A stretch of DNA of 56,703 bases from contig DASVEG010000023.1 in assembly GCA_036380695.1 (NCBI GenBank), positions 1 through 56,703 of the forward strand, written 5' to 3'. The notes under the pieces were generated by a model. That model made no database searches and was not told the DNA's origin. It saw only the letters and a list, made by a program, of their open reading frames with translations. This document shows, one piece after another, positions 28,036 to 37,532 of the stretch. Within the stretch, counting starts at the first letter, position 1. Each line of letters starts with the position of its first letter. Source of the stretch: Acidimicrobiales bacterium. GTDB lineage: Bacteria; Actinomycetota; Acidimicrobiia; Acidimicrobiales; CADCTF01. Both the position numbers and the translations under genes were made by a program.

Positions 28036-29229
28036 ATGAGACGCTCGTTGATTCGGCGCTGTTGGATCGCCATCGTGGTCCTGGCTGTCGCGGTCGGGCT
28101 GGCCGCGTGCGGCGATGACGACGGCGGCGACGGCGGCGCGCCGACCCCGGGTCCGTCCACGACGACGACGACCGCCCCCGCGCCTGTGGACGCGTCTGTG
28201 ATGTGGCCCTTCCCGGGTGCCGGCGCCCGCTACGGCGCGCCCACGGAGGCGGCCCGCTCGTTCGCCACCGAGTTCCTGCGCTTCGACGATCCGGTCGTCG
28301 AGGAGTTCCGGCAGGGCGACGCTCGCTCCGGCGAGGTACCGATCCGCCCGCGTGGCGATGGACCGGTCACCACGATCCTCGTGCGACAAGTTGGCGCCGC
28401 CGACGACTGGTCCGTGCTCGGCGCGGTCACCGAGACAATCGACGTGACCACCCCGACGGCGGGCGAGGAGATCGGCTCGCCAGTTCGCGTCGCCGGGCGC
28501 GCCGTTGCGTTCGAGGGGACGGTGCAGGTCGAGGTGCGAGCCGACGGGGGTGCCGGCCCCATCGGGGCGGGCTTCGTAACCGGCGGCGGTGACGAGATGC
28601 GGCCCTTCGAGGGTGCGATCTCGTTCGAGACCTCGGGCGCGCGGTACGGGGCCATCGTCTTCTTCACCGAGTCGGCGGAAGACGGCAAGGTGTGGCAGGC
28701 CACTGCGGTGCGGGTCGCTCTGCGGTCGACCGACATCGACGTAGCCGCGTGCGGCTCGTATCGACCGCCCCGTCCTCGCCTGGGCGCCGGGCAGATGGAG
28801 GTGAAGGCGTACTTCACGTGCGACGCGTCCGAGAGCGGCAACCCGCTGCGGGCGGTCTACCGCGCTCAGCCCGAACGGGCCGACGTCCTCCGGGCCGCGC
28901 TCGAGGTCTTGCTCGCGGGCCCGACGGCCGAGGAGCGCGCGGCCAAGCTCGACTCGTGGTTCTCCGATGCCACTCGCGACATGCTCCGCTCCGTCGCCAT
29001 CACGGACGGAAACGTGATCGTCGACTTCGACGATTTCCGGCCGGTCATTCCGAACGCCAGTGCGAGCGCCGGGTCCGACCTGCTGCTCTCGCAGCTCGAC
29101 GCAACGGTGTTCCAGTTCCGGTCGGTGGCGTCCGTCGAGTACCGGATCGAGGGCAGCTGCGCCGACTTCCCGGAGTGGCTCCAGTACGGCGGGTGCGATC
29201 CCAGGACCCGTCCGCCGTCCCCGGACTGA
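28036..29229 (+). CDS. lipoprotein with Gmad2-like and GerMN-like domains
   Basis: Lipobox VGLAAC. GSPVRVAGRAVAFEGTVQVEVRADG (Gmad2-like). LRAALEVLLAGPTAEERAAKLDSWF (GerMN-like). GGAG lies 6 nt before ATG 28036. Confidence 0.75.
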   Translation: MRRSLIRRCWIAIVVLAVAVGLAACGDDDGGDGGAPTPGPSTTTTTAPAPVDASVMWPFPGAGARYGAPTEAARSFATEFLRFDDPVVEEFRQGDARSGEVPIRPRGDGPVTTILVRQVGAADDWSVLGAVTETIDVTTPTAGEEIGSPVRVAGRAVAFEGTVQVEVRADGGAGPIGAGFVTGGGDEMRPFEGAISFETSGARYGAIVFFTESAEDGKVWQATAVRVALRSTDIDVAACGSYRPPRPRLGAGQMEVKAYFTCDASESGNPLRAVYRAQPERADVLRAALEVLLAGPTAEERAAKLDSWFSDATRDMLRSVAITDGNVIVDFDDFRPVIPNASASAGSDLLLSQLDATVFQFRSVASVEYRIEGSCADFPEWLQYGGCDPRTRPPSPD

Positions 29230-29232
29230 CCG

Positions 29233-30051
29233 TCACCAGATCGCGACGGCTGCGTGGGTGCCGGTGTACAGCGCCACGGCCACCAGCAGCCCAGCGAACC
29301 CCCGTTGCATCGACGCCGGATCGAGACGGCCCGTGAGGCGTGCGCCTGCCCCGACCCCAACCGTCGCGGCCGCGGCGAAGACGACGGTGGTCGTCCAGTC
29401 GATCGGTTGGCCCAGCCGGGCGCCGAACGCGGTGGCCGCGTTGACGGCAACCACGAGCAGGGACGTGCCGATCGCTTCTGGCATCGAGTACTGCAGCACG
29501 AGTGCGAGGGCGGGGACGACGACGAAGCCACCGCCGATGCCGAACAGGCCGGTCAGGAATCCGACCGCCGTTGCCGCGCCGGCGATCTCCGCCAGCCGTG
29601 TCGCCGTTGCCGGCAGGCTCGTCACCATCACGCGGGCCTGGCCCGGGTCGCCCGCGAGTTGCAGAGCGCGGCGCTCGCCTACACGGGTGCAACTGGGGCA
29701 CCCGGCGACGATCCGCCAGGCCGCGACGAGCATCAAGCCCGCGAAGCCCAGCAGGAGCACGTCGCCGTCGAGCCGGCGGTTGACCATCGACCCGGCGAGC
29801 GATCCGGCGACACCTACGAGCCCGAAGACGATGGCAGCGGCAGTGCGCACGCGACCCTGGCGCCAGTGCGCCACCGCGCCGGTCGCCGAGGCGATGCCGA
29901 CGACGACGAGTGACGTCGTGGTTGCCTGGTTCGGGGACTGGCCGACCGCGAACACGAGCACGGGCACGATGAGGATCGACCCGCCCCCGCCAAGTGCACC
30001 GAGCGAGACGCCGATGAGAAGCGCGAGCGGCGACGCGAGGAGTGCGTCCAC
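29233..30051 (-). CDS. TauE/SafE-family sulfite/anion exporter
   Basis: Duplicated GALGGGGSILIVP and GLFGIGGGFVVVP motifs and about 8 TM helices. GTG start directly follows the upstream stop. Confidence 0.85.
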   Translation of the reverse strand: MDALLASPLALLIGVSLGALGGGGSILIVPVLVFAVGQSPNQATTTSLVVVGIASATGAVAHWRQGRVRTAAAIVFGLVGVAGSLAGSMVNRRLDGDVLLLGFAGLMLVAAWRIVAGCPSCTRVGERRALQLAGDPGQARVMVTSLPATATRLAEIAGAATAVGFLTGLFGIGGGFVVVPALALVLQYSMPEAIGTSLLVVAVNAATAFGARLGQPIDWTTTVVFAAAATVGVGAGARLTGRLDPASMQRGFAGLLVAVALYTGTHAAVAIW

Positions 30052-31422
30052 TCAGGCGGTCCTCGCGGCGACCGCGAGATCGTGTGTCGACGCGCGGTCC
30101 CACTCGTCGTGGACGGCAACGACATCACGCCCCGATCGGTCGACGAGCGAGGCTGCGATGGAAGCGCGGAAGCCGGACGCGCAGTGCACCCACACCGGCC
30201 CCTCTGTCGGCACCTCGTGGATACGGTCCTCCAGTTGGTCGAGCGGGATGTGGAGCGCTCCATCGATGTGGCCCGCTTCCCACTCGTCCTGCCTGCGCAC
30301 GTCGAGCACGACGGCGTCGCCCTGTTGTCGTTCGGCGGCCAGTTCGGCGAAGGTGGCGCTCCGGTAGGAACGGCGCGCGCACCCGGCTCCCCACGCATCG
30401 ATACCGCCGCCCGCCGCGCCCGCGGGCCGGTCCATGCCGATGCGCACCAGCTGGCGTTGCGCCTCGGCGACCTGCTCGATCGAGTCGCCGACGAGCGTCA
30501 CCGGCGTGCCCCAACGGATGGTCCAGCCGAGGTACGTGACGAAGCTGTCGCCGATCTCGACGTTGATCGTGCCGGCGACGTGGTCGCTTGCGAACGCCCG
30601 CCGGTCGCGGAGGTCGACGACCCACTCGCCGGCCGCGATGCGACGGCGGATCTCGGAACCGTCGACCCCTCCAGGAGGCGACAGGTCGACCGGGTCCGGG
30701 CCCTGGCGGTTCCGGGGCGCCATGTGCGCGTAGTAGCGGGGATACGCGGTGAGCCCGGAGAGGAGCTCGCTCACGAACGCGTCCTCGTCTGACGTGCCGA
30801 AGGCGATGTTCGACCGTCGCTCCGCCGCGATCGTGCTCGAGTCCGAGCCGCTCGTCGACGACGACGAGCAGAAGCTCCCGAACCCGTGCGTCGGGTGAAT
30901 GGTCACGTGGTCGGGCAGCTCCCGGGCGAGCCGGTGGGCCGACCGGTACTGGGCGCGAGTGAGCTCCTCCGTCACGCCGGCACCGATCAGGTCGGTGCGG
31001 CCGACGGTGCCATACAGCAGCGAGCCTCCGGTGAGGACGGCAACCGGGCGATCGGCGTCCAGCACCACGTAGGACAGATGGTGCGGCGTGTGCCCTGGGG
31101 TGTGCATGGCCCTCAACACGGCGCGCTCGCCAACCCGGAACGAGTCGCCGTCGTTGGCGCGGACACGGTCGAACTCGACGTCGTCGCCCGCGGGCAGGAC
31201 GTACGCGGCGCCGGTGCGGGCGGCGAGCTCGAAGCCACCGGTCACGTAGTCGTTGTGGAGGTGGGTCTCGAGCACGAGTGCGAGCGTGAGGCCGCGCCGG
31301 TCGAGCTCGGCGAGGACGCGATCGACGTCGCGTTGCGGATCGATCGCGGCGGCGTTGTTCCCGTCGACGACGAGGTAGCTGCGGTCGCCGAGCGACGGCG
31401 TCTCGATGGTGACGACTTCCAT
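30052..31422 (-). CDS. MBL-fold hydrolase fused to two rhodanese domains (persulfide dioxygenase/sulfurtransferase-like)
   Basis: ETHLHNDYVTGG metallo-beta-lactamase motif. C-terminal rhodanese active-site loop VHCASGFRAS. Confidence 0.85.
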   Translation of the reverse strand: MEVVTIETPSLGDRSYLVVDGNNAAAIDPQRDVDRVLAELDRRGLTLALVLETHLHNDYVTGGFELAARTGAAYVLPAGDDVEFDRVRANDGDSFRVGERAVLRAMHTPGHTPHHLSYVVLDADRPVAVLTGGSLLYGTVGRTDLIGAGVTEELTRAQYRSAHRLARELPDHVTIHPTHGFGSFCSSSSTSGSDSSTIAAERRSNIAFGTSDEDAFVSELLSGLTAYPRYYAHMAPRNRQGPDPVDLSPPGGVDGSEIRRRIAAGEWVVDLRDRRAFASDHVAGTINVEIGDSFVTYLGWTIRWGTPVTLVGDSIEQVAEAQRQLVRIGMDRPAGAAGGGIDAWGAGCARRSYRSATFAELAAERQQGDAVVLDVRRQDEWEAGHIDGALHIPLDQLEDRIHEVPTEGPVWVHCASGFRASIAASLVDRSGRDVVAVHDEWDRASTHDLAVAARTA

Positions 31423-31437
31423 GTGGTCGGTCCTCTC

Positions 31438-31707
31438 TCAGGCGAGCTTCGTGAACATCCGCTGCACGTCCGCGAGCTCGTAGCCCTGTGCGGCAGAGCG
31501 CTCGGGATCCTCCAGGCACCAGGTGAGGCCGGCGGCCACGATGACGAACCCCGCCTGCTCCAACGCCTTGTTCGCCGCCGAGAGCTGGGTGACGACCTCT
31601 CGACAGTCGCGACGGTCGGCCAGCATCTGCTGCAGGCCGCGAACCTGTCCTTCGATCCGCCGCAAGCGGCGTACGACGTCGGCAACGGTCTCCTCGGGTA
31701 GCTGCAT
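31438..31707 (-). CDS. CsoR/CstR-family repressor (DUF156)
   Basis: [43 protein letters not shown]...WCL, 89 aa. Its genomic context with sulfur genes suggests a CstR-like persulfide sensor. Confidence 0.8.
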   Translation of the reverse strand: MQLPEETVADVVRRLRRIEGQVRGLQQMLADRRDCREVVTQLSAANKALEQAGFVIVAAGLTWCLEDPERSAAQGYELADVQRMFTKLA

Positions 31708-31717
31708 GAGCCCATTG

Positions 31718-31739
31718 TAGGGGTACCCCAGGGGGTATA
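31718..31739. promoter_or_regulatory. CsoR/CstR-type operator (GC-rich palindromes)
   Basis: TAGGGGTACCCCAGGGGGTATA, 11 nt upstream of ATG 31707. Contains GGGGTACCCC and TACCCC-A-GGGGGTA. Confidence 0.55.
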
Positions 31740-31880
31740 TGCGCAACCGCGCCGCTCCGCGAAAACCTGCGCGTCTGAGGGGCGGTACTCGCCGCTCCTG
31801 TCGCGCGGAATCGACCGCCCCCGCCGCCACACCGAAGAACGCACCGCCACCCGACGTCGGGACCGTCGGCAGCCGCAAGC

Positions 31881-31894
31881 GGGACCTTCGGCCC
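31881..31894 (+). promoter_or_regulatory. DosR-box-like motif
   Basis: GGGACCTTCGGCCC, 64 nt before ATG 31959. Confidence 0.65.
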
Positions 31895-31958
31895 TCACGG
31901 TCGAACGGCATGTCGGCGCACGCTGAGGACAGCAACAGCGAACCGACAAGGAGTCACC

Positions 31959-32612
31959 ATGCGACGCAGGACCCTCGACATTCTCTTCAGCGCAGGAGGC
32001 GCGGCCCTCGCCGCTCTGCTCCTCGTGCTCGGACTCGTCATGACCAGCAACGCCAACTTCTCCGAGAACTACGTCACCGACCAGCTCAGCCAGCAGAACA
32101 TCAGCTTCAAGCCCGCGGCCGAGCTCACCGACGAGGAGAAGGCCGCGCCGTGCATCGTCGAGAACGCCGGCAAGGCGCTCACGACCGGCAAGCAAGCCGA
32201 GTGCTACGCAAACGATTTCATCGGCCTGCACCTGAAGTCCACGGCCGACGGCATGACCTATGCCGACATCGGCGTGCCGCAGTCGGAACTGCGAACCAAG
32301 GTTGCCGCCGCCCAAAAGGCGGGGGACCCTGCGCTCGCCGACCTGCAGAAGCAGCTCGCCGACGTCACGACCAAGCGTGAGACGCTCTTCAAGGGCGAGA
32401 CGCTCCGTGGCCTGCTGCTCACCTCCTACGGGTTCAGCGAGCTCGGTGCGAAGGCAAACCAGGCGGCGACGGTCGCATACGCCGGCGCTGCACTGCTCGC
32501 ACTGCTCGCCGTGTTCGGCTTCGTCCACGCCTTCGTGACGCCTCGCAACAAGGGGTTCGCGGTGGCAGTGCCCGACACGGTCGAGGAGGTCCAAAGGCTG
32601 GCGAGGGTCTGA
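31959..32612 (+). CDS. hypothetical membrane protein (TM helix at each end, soluble middle)
   Basis: ORF with AAGGAG upstream. N-terminal and C-terminal hydrophobic helices. Confidence 0.7.
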   Translation: MRRRTLDILFSAGGAALAALLLVLGLVMTSNANFSENYVTDQLSQQNISFKPAAELTDEEKAAPCIVENAGKALTTGKQAECYANDFIGLHLKSTADGMTYADIGVPQSELRTKVAAAQKAGDPALADLQKQLADVTTKRETLFKGETLRGLLLTSYGFSELGAKANQAATVAYAGAALLALLAVFGFVHAFVTPRNKGFAVAVPDTVEEVQRLARV

Positions 32613-32645
32613 CTCCGCCCGCACCAACTGAAGCCCCCCCGGCAT

Positions 32646-32671
32646 CGAGGCCCCGCACCAGCGGGGCCTCG
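32646..32671 (+). terminator. 11-bp GC-rich stem-loop (factor-independent terminator candidate, no U-tract)
   Basis: cgaggccccgc-acca-gcggggcctcg, 34 nt after stop 32612. Confidence 0.55.
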
Positions 32672-32683
32672 GTCGCGCGCGGC

Positions 32684-32697
32684 GGGACCTTCGGCCC
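32684..32697 (+). promoter_or_regulatory. DosR-box-like motif
   Basis: GGGACCTTCGGCCC, 50 nt before ATG 32748. Confidence 0.65.
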
Positions 32698-32747
32698 TGA
32701 CGGATCGAGCCGCCGCGACGCACGCTCTTCTCGAAGGAGGTCTCCAG

Positions 32748-33221
32748 ATGATCAACCCAGAGGCTGTGCAGGAGTTCCTCGGTCAACACCGGATCGCGGT
32801 GATCGGTGCCTCCGACGACCCCAAGAGTTTCGGCAACACCATCTTCCAAGCGATGAAGGACCACGGCTACGACGCCGTTCCCGTGCATCCCACGGTGCCC
32901 GAGGTCGACGGTGTGACGTGCTACCCCGACCTCGCCTCCATCCCTGGCGACGTCGACGGCGCGATCGTCATGGTCAACCAGGCGGCTGCTCCCGGCATCG
33001 TCGACGAGTGCGCGGCGAAGGGCATCGATCGGGTGTGGCTGTTCAAGGGCCTCGGCTCGCCCGGTGCACTCTCCGCCGAAGCCGTCGAGCGTTGCGCGCA
33101 CCACGGCATCACCGTGGTGGAAGGCGCGTGCCCGCTCATGTTCCTCCAACCGGTCGGCGGGTTCCATCGGTTCCACCGCGCCCTCCGCCGCATGAACGGC
33201 TCGCTGGCGAAGGCGTCGTAG
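32748..33221 (+). CDS. CoA-binding domain protein
   Basis: HRIAVIGASDDPKSFGNTIFQAMKDHGYDAVPVHP...YPDLASIP. Confidence 0.85.
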   Translation: MINPEAVQEFLGQHRIAVIGASDDPKSFGNTIFQAMKDHGYDAVPVHPTVPEVDGVTCYPDLASIPGDVDGAIVMVNQAAAPGIVDECAAKGIDRVWLFKGLGSPGALSAEAVERCAHHGITVVEGACPLMFLQPVGGFHRFHRALRRMNGSLAKAS

Positions 33222-33223
33222 CA

Positions 33224-33763
33224 ATGCGAGCCGTCGTCGTATACGAGTCCATGTTCGGGAACACCGAGGAGATCGCCCGTGCCGTCGCCGCTGGCTTGTC
33301 GGAGACGGCGACCGTCGCGATCGCGGAGGTCGGCACGCACCCGAACGTCGACGGAGTCGACCTGCTCGTGGTCGGCGGGCCCACCCATGCGTTCGGCATG
33401 AGTCGTCCGTCCACGCGGAAGGACGCAGAGACCCGCACCGGTCGACGCGTCATCTCCGCGACGGGGCTACGCGAGTGGCTGGACGGCCTCCACGAGGTGC
33501 CTGCCACGACGAGAGTCGCGGCGTTCGACACGAGGATCCGGCGACCGCGGTTGCCCGGATCGGCGGCGAAGGCCGCGCTCAAGACCCTCCGCGGCAAGGG
33601 CGCGGTCGCGGTCGTGCCAGCGGAGACGTTCTGGGTGCACGGAACCACCGGTCCGCTGCTTGCCGACGAGGTGGCGCGAGCCCGCACCTGGGGCCGCGCC
33701 CTCGGCGAGAGGCTCGCTTCCAGCGGCACGCCGGGACCTTCGACCCTGACGCGCACCCCCTGA
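33224..33763 (+). CDS. flavodoxin-family protein
   Basis: MRAVVVYESMFGNTEEIARAVAAGL...DLLVVGGPTHAFG. Confidence 0.8.
   Translation: MRAVVVYESMFGNTEEIARAVAAGLSETATVAIAEVGTHPNVDGVDLLVVGGPTHAFGMSRPSTRKDAETRTGRRVISATGLREWLDGLHEVPATTRVAAFDTRIRRPRLPGSAAKAALKTLRGKGAVAVVPAETFWVHGTTGPLLADEVARARTWGRALGERLASSGTPGPSTLTRTP
33733..33746 (+). promoter_or_regulatory. DosR-box-like motif embedded in the flavodoxin 3' end
   Basis: GGGACCTTCGACCC, 63 nt before start 33810. Confidence 0.6.
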
Positions 33764-33809
33764 ACCGGCGGATCCTGAGCGCGGGGACGACACACGACAG
33801 GAGCGCTCG

Positions 33810-35117
33810 GTGGCGGTTGCACTCAGCAGGACGAAGACCTCGGGACGGACGTTCGAGCGCCGGGTCGAGGAGTACCGGCACCCGCGAATCGCGGTGCTCC
33901 TGGTGGCCGGAGCGGTGTCGTGGTTCTGGCTGGTGGTACGCGACGGCTCGCCGCCGTGGCAGCTGGTGCGTGGCGCGGTGGTGGTCGTCGCGACCGTGGG
34001 CGCGTTGGTCGGGTTCACCATGTGGCGGCAGCGCCAGGTGGGGGACACGGCTTCGACGCTCGGGATGACGGGCGTCGTGGTCGCCGTGGGTTTCGCACCC
34101 CATGTCGCGAAGACTGGGCTGTCCGCTGCGTCGGTGGCTGCAACCACGCTGCTTGTCGCGTCGTTGTTCATGGTGATCGGCGGCGTCGCACTCGCGGGGC
34201 GGGGGCGTTCGCGGCCGGCTCGTGTCGTGGCGGCGATCCTGACGGCGGCCACGACGGCCTTCACCGCGTGGATCGTGTCGCCTGCGATCGCCGCGACGAA
34301 CGTGCCCCGCCCGTCGATCGGTGCGACGCCCGCCTCGGCAGGGCTCGCCTACGAAGACGTCATGCTCCGAACGAGTGACGGGGTCGACCTCGCCGGCTGG
34401 TTCGTGCCGCCCGAGAACAGTGCGGCTGTCGTCCTGCTGCACGGCGCAGGCTCGACCCGATCGAGCGTGATCGAGCACGCGGCGGCGATCGCGCGGAACG
34501 GGTTCGGCGTGCTGCTCGTGGATGCCCGCGGGCACGGCGAGAGCGGCGGGCGGGCGATGGACTTCGGCTGGCACGGCGACCGCGACATCGAAGCGGCGAC
34601 ACGGTTCCTCGGAGGGCAATCGTCCGTGGATCCCCGCCGGATCGCGGTGGTCGGCATGTCGATGGGTGGCGAGGAAGCGGTCGGCGCCAGCGCGTCCAAC
34701 CCGATGATCTCCGCGGTCGTTGCGGAGGGCGCGACGGCGCGATCCGCGCACGATGAAGGTTGGCTCTCGGATGCCTACGGGTGGCGCGGCGCCATCCAGG
34801 AGCAGCTCGAGCGTGTACAAGACGTCGCGACCGACGTGCTCACGAGCGCCTCGCCGCCAATCGGCAACCGCGACGCGGTGCGTGCTTCAGGGGACATCCG
34901 CTACCTGCTGATCGCCGCAGGCGCGGTGCCCGAAGAACAGCACGCGGCCGCCTATGTCATTCCTGCCGCACCGCGCCGCGTGGAGACGTGGACCGTCGAC
35001 GGGGCGGGGCATACGGACGGGGTGCGCGTTGCAGCCGCGGTGTGGGAACGCCGCGTCGTCGACTTCCTCCGCGACGCGCTCGGCGTCGAAGCGGAGCCCA
35101 CCGAAGGGAGAGGTTGA
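33810..35117 (+). CDS. alpha/beta hydrolase with an N-terminal multi-TM region
   Basis: VVLLHGAGSTRSS...ARGHGESGG...VVGMSMGGEEA nucleophile elbow. Confidence 0.8.
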   Translation: MAVALSRTKTSGRTFERRVEEYRHPRIAVLLVAGAVSWFWLVVRDGSPPWQLVRGAVVVVATVGALVGFTMWRQRQVGDTASTLGMTGVVVAVGFAPHVAKTGLSAASVAATTLLVASLFMVIGGVALAGRGRSRPARVVAAILTAATTAFTAWIVSPAIAATNVPRPSIGATPASAGLAYEDVMLRTSDGVDLAGWFVPPENSAAVVLLHGAGSTRSSVIEHAAAIARNGFGVLLVDARGHGESGGRAMDFGWHGDRDIEAATRFLGGQSSVDPRRIAVVGMSMGGEEAVGASASNPMISAVVAEGATARSAHDEGWLSDAYGWRGAIQEQLERVQDVATDVLTSASPPIGNRDAVRASGDIRYLLIAAGAVPEEQHAAAYVIPAAPRRVETWTVDGAGHTDGVRVAAAVWERRVVDFLRDALGVEAEPTEGRG

Positions 35118-35707
35118 TGACCACGATCACGGCAGGCCCGCACGCGCGAACTGCGTCGGCGAGAGGTCGGTCTCCGGGCGCGTACTGGCTCGCGGCGGTG
35201 CTCGCCGTCGTCGGGGTCGTCGCAGGATCAACGCTCGCGTGGAACACGTTCCTCGCTGGTCAGCGTCGAGTCGACTCGTTCGATCGCGTCGCGATCCCGG
35301 GCACGATGACGGTCGAGGTCGACGAGCCCGAGGGGCTCGTCGTGTACTACGAGGGAGACGCGAACATCGGCTTCGACGACCTGACGTTGACCGTGACGGA
35401 CCCCGCGGGGCGGGCGCTCATCGCACGCCGATACTCCGGGGAGATGGTCTACGAGACGATCGACCTCACCAAGGGCACCGCGGTTGCGACGTTCGACGCG
35501 GATCTCGTCGGCACCTACGAGGTGACCGTCGACGGCGTCGCCTGGGGTGACCTCGTCGTCGGTGAGTCGTTCGCCCGACGGACGCTGCCCGGTGTGCTGG
35601 GTGGTCTGGCCATCGTCGCCGGCTCGTTGCTCGCTGCCTTCGTGTTAGTGACCGTGACCTTCGCGCGCCGGTCGATGTCTCGCCGAGACCAAGGAGGCCA
35701 ACGATGA
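35117..35707 (+). CDS. hypothetical protein with TM helices at both ends
   Basis: TGATG stop/start overlap with the hydrolase gene. Beta-rich middle region. Confidence 0.65.
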   Translation: MTTITAGPHARTASARGRSPGAYWLAAVLAVVGVVAGSTLAWNTFLAGQRRVDSFDRVAIPGTMTVEVDEPEGLVVYYEGDANIGFDDLTLTVTDPAGRALIARRYSGEMVYETIDLTKGTAVATFDADLVGTYEVTVDGVAWGDLVVGESFARRTLPGVLGGLAIVAGSLLAAFVLVTVTFARRSMSRRDQGGQR

Positions 35708-36432
35708 CCACCGCCGCGAGCGCCTACCCCGCACGGCTCGACGGCAGCCTCGAGCCGATCAGCCGCTGGCTCTGGTTGGTGAAGTGGGTGCTGGTGATCC
35801 CGCACGCCATCGTGCTGGCCTTCCTGTGGGTCGCGGTCATGGTGTCGACGATCGCGGCGGGGGTGTCGATCGTCGCCACCGGGCGCTATCCCCGGTCGAT
35901 CTTCGACTTCAACGTCGGCGTCATGCGGTGGACGTGGCGGGTGTCGTTCTACGCACTCTCCGCCTTCGGCACCGACAAGTACCCGCCCTTCAGCCTCGAC
36001 CACGACCCGGCGTATCCCGCCGACTTCGACGTCGACTATCCCGAACACCTGTCTCGCGGACTCGTGCTCGTGAAGTGGTGGTTGCTGGCCATCCCGCACT
36101 ACCTGATCGTCGGCGTGTTCGCCGGCGGCTGGGGAGCCGGCTGGGACGGCGCGCCCCGCCCCGCCGGCGGCAGCGGCCTCATCGCGATCGTCGCGATCGT
36201 CGCGGTCCTCATCACTGCGTTTCGCGGTGACTACCCACGCTCGCTGTTCGACTTCGTCATGGGCATGAACCGGTGGTGCTATCGCGTGCTCGCATACGCG
36301 GCGCTCATGCGCGACGAGTACCCGCCGTTCCGCTTCGACTCCGGCGGTGCCGACCCGGGTTCGGCTCCGACGCCCGCGCCCCTTGGGAGCCGCGACGCCG
36401 ACGTGCTCGTGGGCGCGTCGGCAGAGCGGTGA
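35704..36432 (+). CDS. DUF4389-like membrane protein (internally duplicated)
   Basis: ISRWLWLVKWVLVIPHAIVL...GRYPRSIFDF...KYPPFSLD, repeated as LVKWWLLAIPHYLIV...GDYPRSLFDF...EYPPFRFD. Confidence 0.8.
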   Translation: MTTAASAYPARLDGSLEPISRWLWLVKWVLVIPHAIVLAFLWVAVMVSTIAAGVSIVATGRYPRSIFDFNVGVMRWTWRVSFYALSAFGTDKYPPFSLDHDPAYPADFDVDYPEHLSRGLVLVKWWLLAIPHYLIVGVFAGGWGAGWDGAPRPAGGSGLIAIVAIVAVLITAFRGDYPRSLFDFVMGMNRWCYRVLAYAALMRDEYPPFRFDSGGADPGSAPTPAPLGSRDADVLVGASAER

Positions 36433-36436
36433 GCAG

Positions 36437-36450
36437 GGGACCTTCGGCCC
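36437..36450 (+). promoter_or_regulatory. DosR-box-like motif
   Basis: GGGACCTTCGGCCC, 35 nt before ATG 36486. Confidence 0.65.
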
Positions 36451-36485
36451 TGACACCGGTGTTGGCCCGATCGGACACTGGGACC

Positions 36486-36764
36486 ATGACACAAGCGATC
36501 AACCACGAATCGGAGGAGTGGCTTCGAGCGCGTGAACGCGTGACCGCGCGGCGCGAGTTCGGGACGCACGTCTTCGTCTACATCGTCGTCAACGCCGGGT
36601 TCATCGGGATCTGGGCGTTGACCGGCGCCGGTTACTTCTGGCCCGCGTGGGTGCTCGGCTGTTGGGCGATCGGGCTCGTCCTCCACGGGTGGGACGCGTT
36701 CGTGAAGCGCCCGGTCACCGAGGCCGACGTCGACGCCGAGCTGCACCGAGACCGCGCCGCCTGA
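36486..36764 (+). CDS. 2TM-domain small membrane protein
   Basis: RREFGTHVFVYIVVNAGFIGIWALTG..YFWPAWVLGCWAIGLVLHGW. Paralogue at 50316-50591. Confidence 0.75.
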   Translation: MTQAINHESEEWLRARERVTARREFGTHVFVYIVVNAGFIGIWALTGAGYFWPAWVLGCWAIGLVLHGWDAFVKRPVTEADVDAELHRDRAA

Positions 36765-36778
36765 ACCCGGGACACGTC

Positions 36779-36792
36779 GGGACCTTCGGCCC
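36779..36792 (+). promoter_or_regulatory. DosR-box-like motif
   Basis: GGGACCTTCGGCCC, 64 nt before ATG 36857. Confidence 0.6.
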
Positions 36793-36856
36793 TGGTCGCC
36801 CCGACCCGTCTCGTGCGACGTTCGTCGAGCCATCGAGAGGGGAGCGGGCGATAAGG

Positions 36857-37084
36857 ATGCGGACGTATTGCGAGAGTTCGAGGGCGAAGACCGAGCTGCA
36901 AACGGTCGTGGACGACCTGCGGCAGCGTTCGATCGCTGTTGCACGCGACCTCGATGACCACGCGCTTCAGGCCGGGACCGACGCGCTGAGCCTCATCGAC
37001 GCGAGTCGCGCGCTGCACCGAGCCGCGGCTGCGCTCGTCAACCTCGACCTCGGCGAGGTCGATCTGCGCGACTCGCCTGACTGA
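36857..37084 (+). CDS. small hypothetical helical protein (75 aa)
   Basis: ATG preceded by AAGGA. The main support is a box at the spacing typical of other genes in this window. Confidence 0.35.
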   Translation: MRTYCESSRAKTELQTVVDDLRQRSIAVARDLDDHALQAGTDALSLIDASRALHRAAAALVNLDLGEVDLRDSPD

Positions 37085-37130
37085 CCGTCTCGAGACGGAA
37101 TCGGTGGCGACAGGTACCTGACCGCACAGA

Positions 37131-37532
37131 TCAGATTGGCGGCGGCTCGATCCGCTCGATCGTGTCGACGCGGTCGATCGACTGATCGAAAGACACAACC
37201 CGACCGACGCCGGTGGTCTCCGCGCACGCAACGAGATACGCCTCGGCGAAGTCGATGCGGTCCGTCTCGTAGACCTCGATGGCCCGGAGGAGCAGAGCGG
37301 GGTCAACGCTCACGATCGACTCGAACGCGACCAGGGACCGCAGTGCCTGAGCGATTTGGTCACGCGGTGCCCTGTAGAACGACTCGAGGACATACACCGT
37401 CTCTGCCGCCACCAAGTCGGTGAGCAGCAGCTCGTGTTCCGAGCCGAGGAACGCGGTCGCCCGCTCGGCCAGGGCTGGCGGGTCACCCGTCAGATGCCGG
37501 ACGAGCACGTTGGTGTCGATGAAGGCGGTCAA
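37131..37532 (-). CDS. vapC: VapC PIN-domain toxin
   Basis: MTAFIDTNVLVRHL...DLVAAETVY...DFAEAY acidic PIN residues. ATGA overlap with the antitoxin gene. Confidence 0.85.
   Translation of the reverse strand: MTAFIDTNVLVRHLTGDPPALAERATAFLGSEHELLLTDLVAAETVYVLESFYRAPRDQIAQALRSLVAFESIVSVDPALLLRAIEVYETDRIDFAEAYLVACAETTGVGRVVSFDQSIDRVDTIERIEPPPI

Noticed and set aside
33579-34820. 413-aa minus-strand ORF
   Set aside because: It is antisense to the flavodoxin and alpha/beta-hydrolase genes. The translation is Arg-rich and low in complexity.
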